A stretch of 64,000 nucleotides of DNA from a virus: UHGV virus genome UHGV-0027388. One strand, given 5' to 3'. A program made the translations under genes and the position numbers. The notes beneath the pieces are model-generated. The model searched no databases, was not told the DNA's origin, and saw only the letters and a program-made list of their open reading frames with translations. Of the stretch, positions 45,401-54,946 are shown one piece after another; within the stretch, counting starts at the first letter, position 1; each line of letters starts with the position of its first letter.

Positions 45401-47160
45401 AAGCCTCCTACACGACGGAGCAGCTGGCCAATGCGAATGTAAATCTTGTGGCGGCAATGCTTGATGAAGCGGGGGTGGCGAACTCTCTTGAAGTCGCTAC
45501 CGATCTAGTGGCGACGGCGCAGGAGAACCTCGCTCAGAAAACGTATGAAGCGCAGATTGCGTCCTATGATAGCGTCACGGCGGCGGTCGAATATGCAAAC
45601 TCCCTATATGCAACGGGTCAAGCATCAGATGACACATACGACTCTCTGATAAACCTTGTTGCAGAACAATCCATATTCAACAATGCCTCTCTTGACGTTT
45701 CGCAAAAATGCCAAGCTCTAGGAGAAATGGCAAATGCCGCTTATGATGCCGCATATGCGCTGGAATACGCAATGCAGTATCAGCTTGTTGCCAGCAGGCT
45801 TAACAGTAACCAGTTCATGACCGATTCGGAAAAGTCTGCGTCCCTGTCTGGTCTGATGAAATCATGGCAGAAGAAAAACCCAGCGGTATATAAGAATGGT
45901 GCAAACTCCGGCGGTGGCAGTGGTGGCGGAGGTGGAGGAACCTCTAGACGGCCAGTCACATTCAAGTCGAGCGGAGGCTCAGGCGGTGGTTCTAGCGGAA
46001 GGTCAAGCGGGGGCGGCGGTAGCTCAAGCGGCAGTTCTAGTACGCCATCATCCACTTCTGATTCGCAAAAGGAAGCACTAGAAGATAGAATTACGCTCCT
46101 TCAAAGTGAGCTGAAATTGCTTGAGGCGCAGAATGCTCCCGTTTCCCAGACGCTTGCCAAGCGCAGAGAGATTGCAGACGCACTCCAAAATGAAATAGAT
46201 TATCTTCGCAGTATCGGTGGCTCACAGACGGAAATCAACAATCTGTGTGTCGAGTGGTATGGTGTCCTTGATGATATTAAGGATATGGAAGATGACCTAT
46301 GGAGCGAACTGAAAGACAGTATTTCAGATGCTATGCAGGCCGCTTCTGATGCAAAAGACGCCGCAATCGAAAAAATAAAACAGGAATACGAAACAGAAAG
46401 CGACCTGCTTGAGATTGATGAAAAGCGCAAGGCCGTTTTGGAAGCACAGAATGACCTTCTTGACGCCCAGAATGAGCGTACAGTCCGCATCTACAACGCC
46501 GCAACAGGCCAGTGGGAATGGGTCGCAGATGCCAGCAAGGTAAAGTCTGCACAAGAGGCGCTATCCGATGCACAAAAAACGCTTTCTGACGCAGAAAAGG
46601 ATGCGGAAAAGGAATCTAGAATCCAGCAAGTTGAAGACGCCTATAATGCCCTCGAAAAGCAATGGAAAGGCCTTCAAAATGCCAGTTTTAATTCCAACAG
46701 CACCAGGGATGCGCAAGCAATAATCGCTGACATTTTGAACAATTTCGGATCATCGTCCGCTACCAACAAAGTAAATCAGGTCAACGCTCTCCTAAGCGCA
46801 CTAGGAGCGTTTGAAAGCAAGACCTATGATGATGGCGGAATTTTGTACGGAATGGGCGGAATTAAGGCAACTCCGCAAAACGAGGTCGTGCTGAACCCGA
46901 ATCTTACATCAAAACTACTATCACCCGTTGCGGATGACGTTTTCAGAAAGCGGGTTTCGGAGCTTGGCTATCTGTATGGAGCAAGTAACGATATACCGAG
47001 AAGTGTCGTGCAAACATCCTCAAGCCGCATAAGCAACGTAACGAACAATGGCGGCCCATACTATCTAAACGGTATAAAAATTGGAGAAGATGCTGCGCGA
47101 GGACTCACGCTGGAACAGCTTGCAAAGCAAATGCGCACACTATCTCTTTATAACAACTGA
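42424..47160 (+). CDS. tail tape measure protein (TP901-family core)
   Basis: 1578 aa, long coiled coils, AYQYKGSIEQLSRVLDGANEIDNNYATSIQKIAEGLGKIAPIA core, Gly/Ser-rich low-complexity insert. Confidence 0.9.
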   Translation: MAKIVVKTQLDNSEFTKQAQQFRQELSKLKSTPVKLSVDTEGIDSKAVSAIARLTRAQAELLAQQTKAQQVNAAAQRTETSLAKAKEATAQATERRIAAEKKLAQEQQRSATQAAMQATETQKQATAQAQLALQQEKTSTQTARLATEQQKGANIAAKATSQANEMTSASDRMSESLLSSAAAMAKWQILGNIVGSAIRSFKDALSTMKEVDSELTVIKKVTDASEDQLAAIEQQAYKTASAYGVAADSYLSSAADFARAGYKEQSESLAELAVKTQLVGDVDEETANQFLLSLDAAYQYKGSIEQLSRVLDGANEIDNNYATSIQKIAEGLGKIAPIASQAHVGVDELSAAIGTITAVTQRSGTEAATALRALFLNIIGDTKTEIEDGATWTAGEIAGLRDVLKTYAPEAVKAAEATGQVINPMEAIGGLAQSFKDGLLTEQKLMEMTSDIGGKLRTSQLLAIVENWDTIYEPMLQSFQDSVGSADKEVENALGSWDSKVNILKNTWTEFIQQTVNTDWIKKLLDGLTNLIKYTGDLGNALIIALAVFTTIKARSIVGFFENLAVQFSLLKMEAADAGGGVKGFFSVLTSGAAGAQIAMGALTAVITGVIVAYNAYKQHQTELREEATEAAKAANEEISSLEDLRQQYVEIIDSTDDEATKNQKLTEWKKQLVEQYGFEEEALRNVNSERQNTLDLLDSEIAKKSATSWGEIQKEYEKAQGAYQKAGQKETSLAGFTISESDLQLLGKYKDEVEELGVLFSDAGDGSYFIGVQQFDDVQKGYDNIMAAQVKLREASEQTGKGIYNSIAEALIQDADRKKKIIDEYGEIYEEGNKIFAQYDLTNNRANDILTVDSQDKYDALTESIKNSVTNLQVQEAELELLSQMFPQFSGVVDDSADALNNDTDALNDTADAMDALSEESQALEKNLKSAGDAFSEFEKNGQLSYSTLADIQSAFSDVDGINNYIDALSQTGITASEVQSILGDLVTKKIEASYTTEQLANANVNLVAAMLDEAGVANSLEVATDLVATAQENLAQKTYEAQIASYDSVTAAVEYANSLYATGQASDDTYDSLINLVAEQSIFNNASLDVSQKCQALGEMANAAYDAAYALEYAMQYQLVASRLNSNQFMTDSEKSASLSGLMKSWQKKNPAVYKNGANSGGGSGGGGGGTSRRPVTFKSSGGSGGGSSGRSSGGGGSSSGSSSTPSSTSDSQKEALEDRITLLQSELKLLEAQNAPVSQTLAKRREIADALQNEIDYLRSIGGSQTEINNLCVEWYGVLDDIKDMEDDLWSELKDSISDAMQAASDAKDAAIEKIKQEYETESDLLEIDEKRKAVLEAQNDLLDAQNERTVRIYNAATGQWEWVADASKVKSAQEALSDAQKTLSDAEKDAEKESRIQQVEDAYNALEKQWKGLQNASFNSNSTRDAQAIIADILNNFGSSSATNKVNQVNALLSALGAFESKTYDDGGILYGMGGIKATPQNEVVLNPNLTSKLLSPVADDVFRKRVSELGYLYGASNDIPRSVVQTSSSRISNVTNNGGPYYLNGIKIGEDAARGLTLEQLAKQMRTLSLYNN

Positions 47161-47177
47161 GAGGGGGCAAGTGAAGA

Positions 47178-49349
47178 ATGCTTTTTCAGCCCACAAATAT
47201 ATTTCCAAGCTTCACCGGAGGGCTTGGAAATGGCGTTGCGGATGTCAACTCCGACCTTACTGTTTCATGGCAAGTAAACGGAAACACGCCTATGACATCT
47301 TTCCAAATTGTAATTTACAAAAATGACGCAACCTCCACGAAACTCTACGACACGGGCACCCTTACGGATGGATGCCCATTTCACGGAATCAGCTACACAG
47401 GAGAGATTCAATTTTTCAGCTATACGATTTCTCACGATGCACTGTATCAGGCCGGAGTACGGAACGGGGGAGAGTATAAGCTCATAATAACGCAATCATG
47501 GGATGGCGGTTCGGTTACACAGAGTTCCGCATCGGCCTTCCACGCAAAGGAAACTCCGGTCATAAAAATTGCAAAGTTTCCGCAACAAATGCCGTTTTCA
47601 AAATATACTTTTGAGCTTGAATATCCAGATAATTCCGACCCGCTGAACTGGATGCGTTGGAGGGTTGCTACATGGGATAACACCTCAAATGAGCCAAGCG
47701 AAATTCTTTACGATACAGGAGATATATTTGGAGCTTCCGATCTCAGGTGCTTCTACGACGGTTTTCTTGCTGGAATAACCTATGCAATAGTCTGTGATGT
47801 TGAGACTGTCTACGGAGTCCAGACCACCACGGGATGGAATACGTTTATTGCGTCCTATACTTTGCTAGATTACCCAGGAATTGTTACAGCAAAACGAATT
47901 TGCGGGCATACTGGAGTGTTGCTATCTTGGGATAAGCTGATTTACATTCCCGGCAATATCAGTGGAGACTACATCCTCAAAGACGGAACCCTAGAATTAA
48001 GCCACGGCGCAAAAATCTATTGGGATCACGTCAACGGAAGTCAGATGAGCTTCCCAATACCATGGACATTTTTATTTCGTGGAAAGCTCTCAGAAATTCC
48101 TGGTGAAATAAGTCTTACTACAAGAAACTGTGACATATCCCTATCGCTCGCAAACGCAGACGGATTTACTTATATTCAAGATTCGTCCGGAAATGATATA
48201 TTGGATAGCTCTGGAAATAAAATTGAAGCTAACGCAGCTGGCTATACTCTCTTTGTGGCAAAAATAAACGGGGAAATCGTTTCATCCACCCCGATTGCTC
48301 AGAGTGGTTACGTTGACCAGATTGCCGTGACACCAACCAAACTTATCTACACAACAGTAGAATTTTCGGGCGGCCTATTTCCTACCTCCACTCTCTATCC
48401 ATCGAAGGAGCTATACCCAAAGCCAACAAGTGAAATAATAACTAGCACCTATACAATAGATTTGTCCTACACGCAGACGGAGTTGACTAAAATTTCTGTC
48501 ACAGGTCCAGTTCTGTGTGACTATCTATGGGTAGTTGGCATAAACGCCGACGGAAGCTACATATCGAATATCTTTTCAAACACTTCTTTTGAACCGTCGT
48601 TTGATAATAAAGACACGTTGTTTGCGGCTAAGTTTGAAAATGAACTCGGAGCCGGAAATGTCCCCGGACTATCTGCTGACTTGACTGGCATTGCGGTTTA
48701 CCGCAGAACTGGGGCGAGTGGTACTTTAAAACGAATAGCGGATATGCCACTGTCACAATCCTCTGTTGCTGACTTTTCTGTTTGCTCTCAAATGGATTAC
48801 ACATATTACCTATATCCTTACGGCGAAATGCGCATCGAAACCACTCCGCTTACAAGCGAGACGGTCAATATATGCTTCTGGGACTGGGCTATTTTGGAAT
48901 GCGCGGAGGATAGTTTAGGTGTATTCCATGTGGTCGGTGAGTATTTGTTCGGCAAAAATCTTTCCAGCGGCTCTATTTCAAACAACAATTCCCCGAACAT
49001 CCTAGAGAACTTTACGCAATATCCGCTAGTGCAGCTCAGAAACGCAAATTACATGAGCGGCACTCTGTCAAGCCTAATCGGAATAATCAGAGATTGCGAG
49101 TATAGTGATACGATAGCGCAAAAGAACGCAGTCTACGCCCTCTCAACCTCTCAAAATGCGCTCTTTTTAAAGTCTAGAAAAGGTGATATTTGGAGAATCA
49201 GAATAGCCGGAAATATCCAAATGGACACAATGGACGACACGAAACAGCAGGCGCAAACCGCTTCTATTCCGTGGGTTCAGACTGCCTCGGCGGAAAATTC
49301 TGCAATAATTTCCACACCAAGCGAAAACTTCTTTATAAACGCTTTATAA
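47178..49349 (+). CDS. distal tail protein (Dit-like, probable)
   Basis: 723 aa, immediately after the tape measure gene. Confidence 0.5.
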   Translation: MLFQPTNIFPSFTGGLGNGVADVNSDLTVSWQVNGNTPMTSFQIVIYKNDATSTKLYDTGTLTDGCPFHGISYTGEIQFFSYTISHDALYQAGVRNGGEYKLIITQSWDGGSVTQSSASAFHAKETPVIKIAKFPQQMPFSKYTFELEYPDNSDPLNWMRWRVATWDNTSNEPSEILYDTGDIFGASDLRCFYDGFLAGITYAIVCDVETVYGVQTTTGWNTFIASYTLLDYPGIVTAKRICGHTGVLLSWDKLIYIPGNISGDYILKDGTLELSHGAKIYWDHVNGSQMSFPIPWTFLFRGKLSEIPGEISLTTRNCDISLSLANADGFTYIQDSSGNDILDSSGNKIEANAAGYTLFVAKINGEIVSSTPIAQSGYVDQIAVTPTKLIYTTVEFSGGLFPTSTLYPSKELYPKPTSEIITSTYTIDLSYTQTELTKISVTGPVLCDYLWVVGINADGSYISNIFSNTSFEPSFDNKDTLFAAKFENELGAGNVPGLSADLTGIAVYRRTGASGTLKRIADMPLSQSSVADFSVCSQMDYTYYLYPYGEMRIETTPLTSETVNICFWDWAILECAEDSLGVFHVVGEYLFGKNLSSGSISNNNSPNILENFTQYPLVQLRNANYMSGTLSSLIGIIRDCEYSDTIAQKNAVYALSTSQNALFLKSRKGDIWRIRIAGNIQMDTMDDTKQQAQTASIPWVQTASAENSAIISTPSENFFINAL

Positions 49350-49375
49350 CCACGAAAAGGCAGGTAAAATAGGGT

Positions 49376-50641
49376 ATGAGAAGCACAAGAACCGAACAGT
49401 ATATCTCCTATCTTAACGCCCTAAGACGCCCATTCAAAAAGATGTGCCGACTCAGGTTTTTAAATGCTGATGGGAGTACAGCGTTTTCCATAGACAATAA
49501 CACACACAACAAAAGAAGTTCAGCTTTTATCCAGGATGGAACACTAACCGTAAACCTCCAGAACGGGCAGCGCAGGCAAGCCAATGTTACCCTGTCCAAT
49601 CTGGACGGCGCATACGATTATAATATCAATTCTTTATGGTTTGGACAGGAAGTAGCCATAGATGAGGGACTAGTCCTCCCAGATGGTACGGAATATTACA
49701 TTCCGCAGGGTGTTTTTTTGATTGAAACACCGACAGAAAACTACAGTCCGGGAGTCAGAACTGCACAGTTAAGTCTCATAGACAAGTGGGCTAATTTAGA
49801 CGGAACTCTATTTGGAAATTTAGAGGGAACCTATCAAGTTCCTGTCGGAACGAATATTTTTTCCGCGATTCAGGGTATTCTAAACCTAGATAGGGGAAAT
49901 GGAATTGCGCTCGATAGCATATCTCCTATATTTACGGAATATTATAACGGTAAAACGCAGTTACTTCCGAACGGTAGAACTGCAAATTTAACCGATACCC
50001 CGTACACACTCAAAGTTGACAGCGACAGCGGAACCTATGCAGATGTTATTCGGGGCCTTTCCGATATGATTAACGCTTGGATAGGATACGATAAAACAGG
50101 CGCGTTACGGGTAGACCCGTCTCAAGATGATATTCTGGACACGGATAAGCCGGTTTTATGGCGCTTTTCTCCGAATGAAGTTGACTTCCTAGGGGCCACT
50201 TATACCGTAAAAAACACAGATGTATATAACGACGTAATAGTGATCGGGGAGACCCTGAGTGACTATACGCAGGCCGCAGGAAGGGCCACAAACCTAGATC
50301 CATCCAGCGACACGAATATCTATACCTCCCTCGGAAAACGAACCATACGCCTGAGTTCCAGCGGATATTACACAAAACAGCAATGCGAAGATTTAGCTGT
50401 TTGGAAATTGAAGCGCATGAGCGTACTGCAAAAAAGTGTATCTATATCATGTGGACAACTTTTCCACATAGAGGAAAACAATTTGGTTGAAATCCAGCGC
50501 ACAGATAGGCCGGGAGCGCCGGTTGAACGACATCTTGTTATGGGATTCAGTCGCCCACTCAGCCAAACAGGAGCAATGACCATCTCCGCAGTATCTGTCA
50601 ACGACTTTGCAACAGCGACGGTCACAAGCTGGCCGCAATAA
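49376..50641 (+). CDS. tail-associated/baseplate protein
   Basis: 421 aa, position. Confidence 0.45.
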   Translation: MRSTRTEQYISYLNALRRPFKKMCRLRFLNADGSTAFSIDNNTHNKRSSAFIQDGTLTVNLQNGQRRQANVTLSNLDGAYDYNINSLWFGQEVAIDEGLVLPDGTEYYIPQGVFLIETPTENYSPGVRTAQLSLIDKWANLDGTLFGNLEGTYQVPVGTNIFSAIQGILNLDRGNGIALDSISPIFTEYYNGKTQLLPNGRTANLTDTPYTLKVDSDSGTYADVIRGLSDMINAWIGYDKTGALRVDPSQDDILDTDKPVLWRFSPNEVDFLGATYTVKNTDVYNDVIVIGETLSDYTQAAGRATNLDPSSDTNIYTSLGKRTIRLSSSGYYTKQQCEDLAVWKLKRMSVLQKSVSISCGQLFHIEENNLVEIQRTDRPGAPVERHLVMGFSRPLSQTGAMTISAVSVNDFATATVTSWPQ

Positions 50642-50653
50642 GGAGGACACATA

Positions 50654-52144
50654 ATGCCGACTGTAAACGGAAAGTATACCAATCCCGGATGGGTTAACAA
50701 CTCCGCCCCGGCATTGGACGCTGATGAGCTTAACGCGATGTCGAATGCCATTGAACAAAACCAAGAGAAACGTGGAGTGCAAATTGCATCACAAACGGCA
50801 TCTCAGTATCAGTTTTCATCCATAAGATATGCACCAGAAAATCAGACGTACCAAATAAACGCAATCGCCTACGGAGAAAACAAAGGGCTGTGCGCTTGCA
50901 TCAGTGGTTCCGTTTTGTACTACAACATAAACGGTATCGACTGGGTGAAACGTATATTGACCCCAGCGGTAGTGTCTGGAAATATGTACGATATAACGTA
51001 TGCGAACGGCCTATTCGTGTCCGTCGGTGACAATATCATGTCCGCCGAAACGCCAGACGGTAAGTGGACTGCGCGTACTAAGCCGACAAATGCGGGGACA
51101 ATGAGGGCAATCCGCTATATTTCCGGTTCTTGGGTAGTGGCTGGCGATGGTGGAATCTTTACATCATCTGACTTGAGGACATGGAGCCAGACGAATGCTG
51201 AGTCTTGGAAGGACATGGACTCCGATGGAACCACCCTATATGCGATTAACTCCAGCGGGATCAAGACATCATCCAATGGTAGCGTGTGGTCTAATTTTTC
51301 GCCCGCTAGAAGTGGAAGTAAAATCTCCATTTCGGATGAAGGAGAAATCTTTATCGTGGAAACTCAAGATGAAGATATGAGTACAGCTGCTGTATATTCT
51401 CCATCTACTTCCAAGTGGGTAGACTACTCCATCAGCGGCACCTCCTCATCAATCGTGAATGGAACTGTCCTGAATTCAATTCCGTACTTGGTCGTTGACG
51501 TCACCGACCCGGATGACGGTACAGTTTCGACCATAATTAAGTACGCCACATCATCAAGCAGCATTCAGACTGCAAAAATTTACGGTTTCGCGCCAACAAA
51601 ACTGAGCTGCATCTGCACGTTTAATAACGAGTTGTATCTTGGTGGACCATATGCAAACATCATAACGCAAATCCAAAATGTAACGTTATCCGACCCAAGC
51701 GGTCACGGAATCATACCTGCATTTTTCGGAGATCAACCGCTTGCCGACTATGTAACGAGCGTAAAGAAGTACGCTGTACAGCAGACCGGAGGCGGCGGAG
51801 ACGGGCAAAGGTATTGGATTGTTCGCACATACGCAAGTGGAACCAGAGAGATGTACCTCATTGGCTCTTATAGCGTAACGAGTGGAAGTGCGCAACAACT
51901 CAGAATACAAGTTGGTTTCCCGTCTGAAATTAAAGGAGCTGGCGAGGGTAACACTCTCATATTCGCGTCTATATCTCCATCGACACAAGACATCGGAGTT
52001 AAAAACGGAATCAGTTGTTGCGCAGAATACTATGAGTCATCGCTCGGTATTCCAACTATAACGGTTTACATATCTGTTAGTTCAGGTAGTTTAAACCCGT
52101 CTCAGGGTAGGTTCTGTATACATATTATCGGCTCCGAACTTTAA
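50654..52144 (+). CDS. tail fibre/receptor-binding protein with beta-propeller-like repeats
   Basis: repeated S/T-rich G-x-W motifs. Confidence 0.4.
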   Translation: MPTVNGKYTNPGWVNNSAPALDADELNAMSNAIEQNQEKRGVQIASQTASQYQFSSIRYAPENQTYQINAIAYGENKGLCACISGSVLYYNINGIDWVKRILTPAVVSGNMYDITYANGLFVSVGDNIMSAETPDGKWTARTKPTNAGTMRAIRYISGSWVVAGDGGIFTSSDLRTWSQTNAESWKDMDSDGTTLYAINSSGIKTSSNGSVWSNFSPARSGSKISISDEGEIFIVETQDEDMSTAAVYSPSTSKWVDYSISGTSSSIVNGTVLNSIPYLVVDVTDPDDGTVSTIIKYATSSSSIQTAKIYGFAPTKLSCICTFNNELYLGGPYANIITQIQNVTLSDPSGHGIIPAFFGDQPLADYVTSVKKYAVQQTGGGGDGQRYWIVRTYASGTREMYLIGSYSVTSGSAQQLRIQVGFPSEIKGAGEGNTLIFASISPSTQDIGVKNGISCCAEYYESSLGIPTITVYISVSSGSLNPSQGRFCIHIIGSEL

Positions 52145-52158
52145 GGGAGGGCTTCCAA

Positions 52159-52467
52159 ATGGATCAACCAATTTCTCGCGCCGAACACGAGGAGTTCAAA
52201 AGGCGACTCGAAGAGGAAAACAGCCGTCAAGATAAGCGTCTATCCCTCCTTGAAGAAAGCATAAGCCAAGTCACGGGCATTGCCGTCAGCGTTGAGAAGT
52301 TAGCGCAAAGCGTTCAGGCAATGTGCAAGGAGCAAGAAAAGCAAGGTAAGCGGCTTGAACGCCTAGAAAGTCGTGACGGTGAAATGTGGAGAAAAGTCTT
52401 GAGCACCGCCATATCCTGCATTGTAGGAGCTGCGGTTGGCTACGCATTATCAAAAATAGGGATTTGA
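52159..52467 (+). CDS. XhlA-like haemolysin/holin-associated protein
   Basis: coiled-coil N-terminus with C-terminal TM helix VLSTAISCIVGAAVGYAL. Confidence 0.5.
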   Translation: MDQPISRAEHEEFKRRLEEENSRQDKRLSLLEESISQVTGIAVSVEKLAQSVQAMCKEQEKQGKRLERLESRDGEMWRKVLSTAISCIVGAAVGYALSKIGI

Positions 52468-52480
52468 GAGGTGCTACCAA

Positions 52481-52651
52481 ATGCTCTGCCAAAACGTAGT
52501 GAAGAAATACTGGCTTGCCCTGATTCACCAAGCCGAAACAGAAAGCACAATCAGAATCTACGCAGAAACGGAAGCCGCCGCTAGGCTCATAGCACAAAAA
52601 TACGGCGATGTTCTTTCACTTTCTGAAATTGATTGCGAGGATGTGATTTAA
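52481..52651 (+). CDS. small hypothetical protein (56 aa, not in the ORF track)
   Basis: GAGAGGTG RBS before ATG 52481; MLCQNVVKKYWLALIHQ... Confidence 0.3.
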   Translation: MLCQNVVKKYWLALIHQAETESTIRIYAETEAAARLIAQKYGDVLSLSEIDCEDVI

Positions 52652-52652
52652 T

Positions 52653-53438
52653 GTGGCGACAAAAGACGACCTGACCTCGATTGCAGAGTATGTATGGCGC
52701 TACATATCCCCCAAAATAGAGGAGCGCCTCGCTCATAACGTTCAGTGGTACAGAGCGAAGGTTACTCAGGCCGCGAAAGATGATAGAATATCAATCCAAC
52801 GGCCATTTGACGAGACGGAGCAATCCATTCCTTACCTTTCCTCTATGGCGTCCGCGAACGCCGGGGACGAAGTAACGGTGTTCGTATTCGGTGGGACTTC
52901 CGGCGGCAATAACAACAACAGTGTAATTGTCAACAATGGTTCTTTTAACTATTTTGCACAGGATTTTGTGTCAGAATCTGGCACATCTGGAGGATGGGAG
53001 TACATTAAGTATGCCTCCGGCCTTGCTATGATGTGGTGCAACGTGACAGCGGAATATTCCACCGCATCCGTACTGGAAAAGTGGGTGAGTTACCCGTTCA
53101 CCCTGCAAGCGGGCGTAGCGGCCTTCGGAACGCTGGAGGGTGTCGGGAGCAATTCCGGTGCGGCGCTTGGATGGAACGTCAAGATTGTCCCGCAGGGCGA
53201 TAACAAAAATGCCCGCGTCTTTGTGCATGACCCGTCCGGCAGTTTCGGAGGCGCAGATGCACTTACCGTGTCCGTGCTGGTACTTGGACGATACGAGCAA
53301 GCAAATCAAGCACAGGTCGTCGGAACAGCCACCGTCGGTACCATCATTACGGCAGACCAGTTAAACGAGATTGAGGAAAGCAATTACAGCACAGACAGCA
53401 AGATTGCCGCTGTAAAGGAGGTCATGAGTAAACAGTGA
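52653..53438 (+). CDS. hypothetical tail protein
   Basis: ORF. Confidence 0.45.
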   Translation: MATKDDLTSIAEYVWRYISPKIEERLAHNVQWYRAKVTQAAKDDRISIQRPFDETEQSIPYLSSMASANAGDEVTVFVFGGTSGGNNNNSVIVNNGSFNYFAQDFVSESGTSGGWEYIKYASGLAMMWCNVTAEYSTASVLEKWVSYPFTLQAGVAAFGTLEGVGSNSGAALGWNVKIVPQGDNKNARVFVHDPSGSFGGADALTVSVLVLGRYEQANQAQVVGTATVGTIITADQLNEIEESNYSTDSKIAAVKEVMSKQ

Positions 53439-54886
53439 GTTACACGAAGAAAATATGGAAAACCGGAGACGTGATAACTGCGGAAGCGCTGAATAATCTA
53501 GAAGAGGGCGCAAGTGCAAATGCCTCCGCCATTGCGGAGATCGAAAAAGAACTACCCTCTTATGTCGGCGCAGATGTACCGCGCAAGGCGGCGGAAACCA
53601 TCACGCCCGGCACGGAAAATCAGACGATCGCCGCGAAGCAGTATCTCACTGGCGCTCAGACTATCGAAGGTGACGGAAACTTGAGCGCCGGAAACATCAA
53701 GAAGGGTGTGTCCATCTTCGGGGTATCTGGAACATTGGAAACTGGAAGCGCGGGGACTGACACCAGCGACGCGACAGCCACGGCAGGAGACATTTTGTAC
53801 GGAGAGACAGCTTACGTCAAGGGCGAGAAGGTGACGGGTACCATAAAGAGCGTGAGTGCCGCAACAATTACGCCGGGAACCGAAAACCAAACTATCGCGT
53901 CCGGGCAATACCTTGCAGGCGCGCAGACAATTATGGGGGATAGTAGCCTTATCCCAGAGAACATTAAGAAAGGCATATCTATCTTTGGCGTAGGCGGAAC
54001 CGCAGAAATGGACACCAGTGATGCAACAGCAGAAGCGGGTGACATCCTAAGCGGGAAAACAGCCTATATCGCAAGCGGCAAGGTAACGGGAACTCTGAGA
54101 ACCTCCACTCGTTTGATATACGTTAGCGGCAACAGTGGTAGCGGCGATGCCTCGGTATCGGAAACAAGCTACAAGCCGATGGTCGGCAGCTCGTACAAAA
54201 AAATCATTGTCAAGGCTCCGTCCGTAACATCCACCAGCGGTAAAACTGTCGTAGATGCATCAAATGTCGAGATTGAAATAGAGGTTGGCTGCTCCGACTT
54301 TGGAAATGCCGTTGCCGCGAACGTACTGTCCGGAAAGACATTTACCGCCTCTCCCGGATTGAAGGTTGCGGGGACAATGGCATCTAAGGAAGCTGAAACC
54401 ATTACTCCCGGAGTAGATGACCAGACCATAGCCGCGAACCAGTACCTCGCCGGAGCGCAGACCATCAAGGGCGACAGTAACCTTGTGGCGGCGAATATCA
54501 AGTCCGGCGTATCTATTTTTGGCGTAATTGGAACGTTGGAGGCAGGAAGCACAGGTAAAACTGTAAAAACTGGCAGCTTTACCGGGACTGCATCTGAGGT
54601 CGCAATCGAGACAGGCTTATCAAGTATCTCAGCGTTTATGGTTTACGACACAGCAAACAGGCTACATGCTGCGGGGCTTGTATGTGCATTTGTTGACGTA
54701 GCGGGCGGTATAACTGGACGCGGAATCGGGTGCTCGTCCTACTCATCATACATTCAAAATTTTGATATAAGTGACACGAATGTTTTGAATGTAGCCGGAG
54801 GTACTATCACAGTGCTTTCAACTTCGACTGCCTATAAGCCGATCTCAAATGCAACCTATAAGTGGCTTGCAGTCGGAGAGGAATGA
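53435..54886 (+). CDS. tail fibre protein with three tandem ~88-aa repeats
   Basis: ITPGTENQTIA..QYL.GAQTI.GD.NL...NIK.G.SIFGV.GT recurs three times. Confidence 0.55.
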   Translation: MSYTKKIWKTGDVITAEALNNLEEGASANASAIAEIEKELPSYVGADVPRKAAETITPGTENQTIAAKQYLTGAQTIEGDGNLSAGNIKKGVSIFGVSGTLETGSAGTDTSDATATAGDILYGETAYVKGEKVTGTIKSVSAATITPGTENQTIASGQYLAGAQTIMGDSSLIPENIKKGISIFGVGGTAEMDTSDATAEAGDILSGKTAYIASGKVTGTLRTSTRLIYVSGNSGSGDASVSETSYKPMVGSSYKKIIVKAPSVTSTSGKTVVDASNVEIEIEVGCSDFGNAVAANVLSGKTFTASPGLKVAGTMASKEAETITPGVDDQTIAANQYLAGAQTIKGDSNLVAANIKSGVSIFGVIGTLEAGSTGKTVKTGSFTGTASEVAIETGLSSISAFMVYDTANRLHAAGLVCAFVDVAGGITGRGIGCSSYSSYIQNFDISDTNVLNVAGGTITVLSTSTAYKPISNATYKWLAVGEE

Positions 54887-54946
54887 GCCGCCTAAAACGT
54901 TATAAAAGAATCCGTAATAAGACAACGATTCAGTCAGGAGGTCAAT

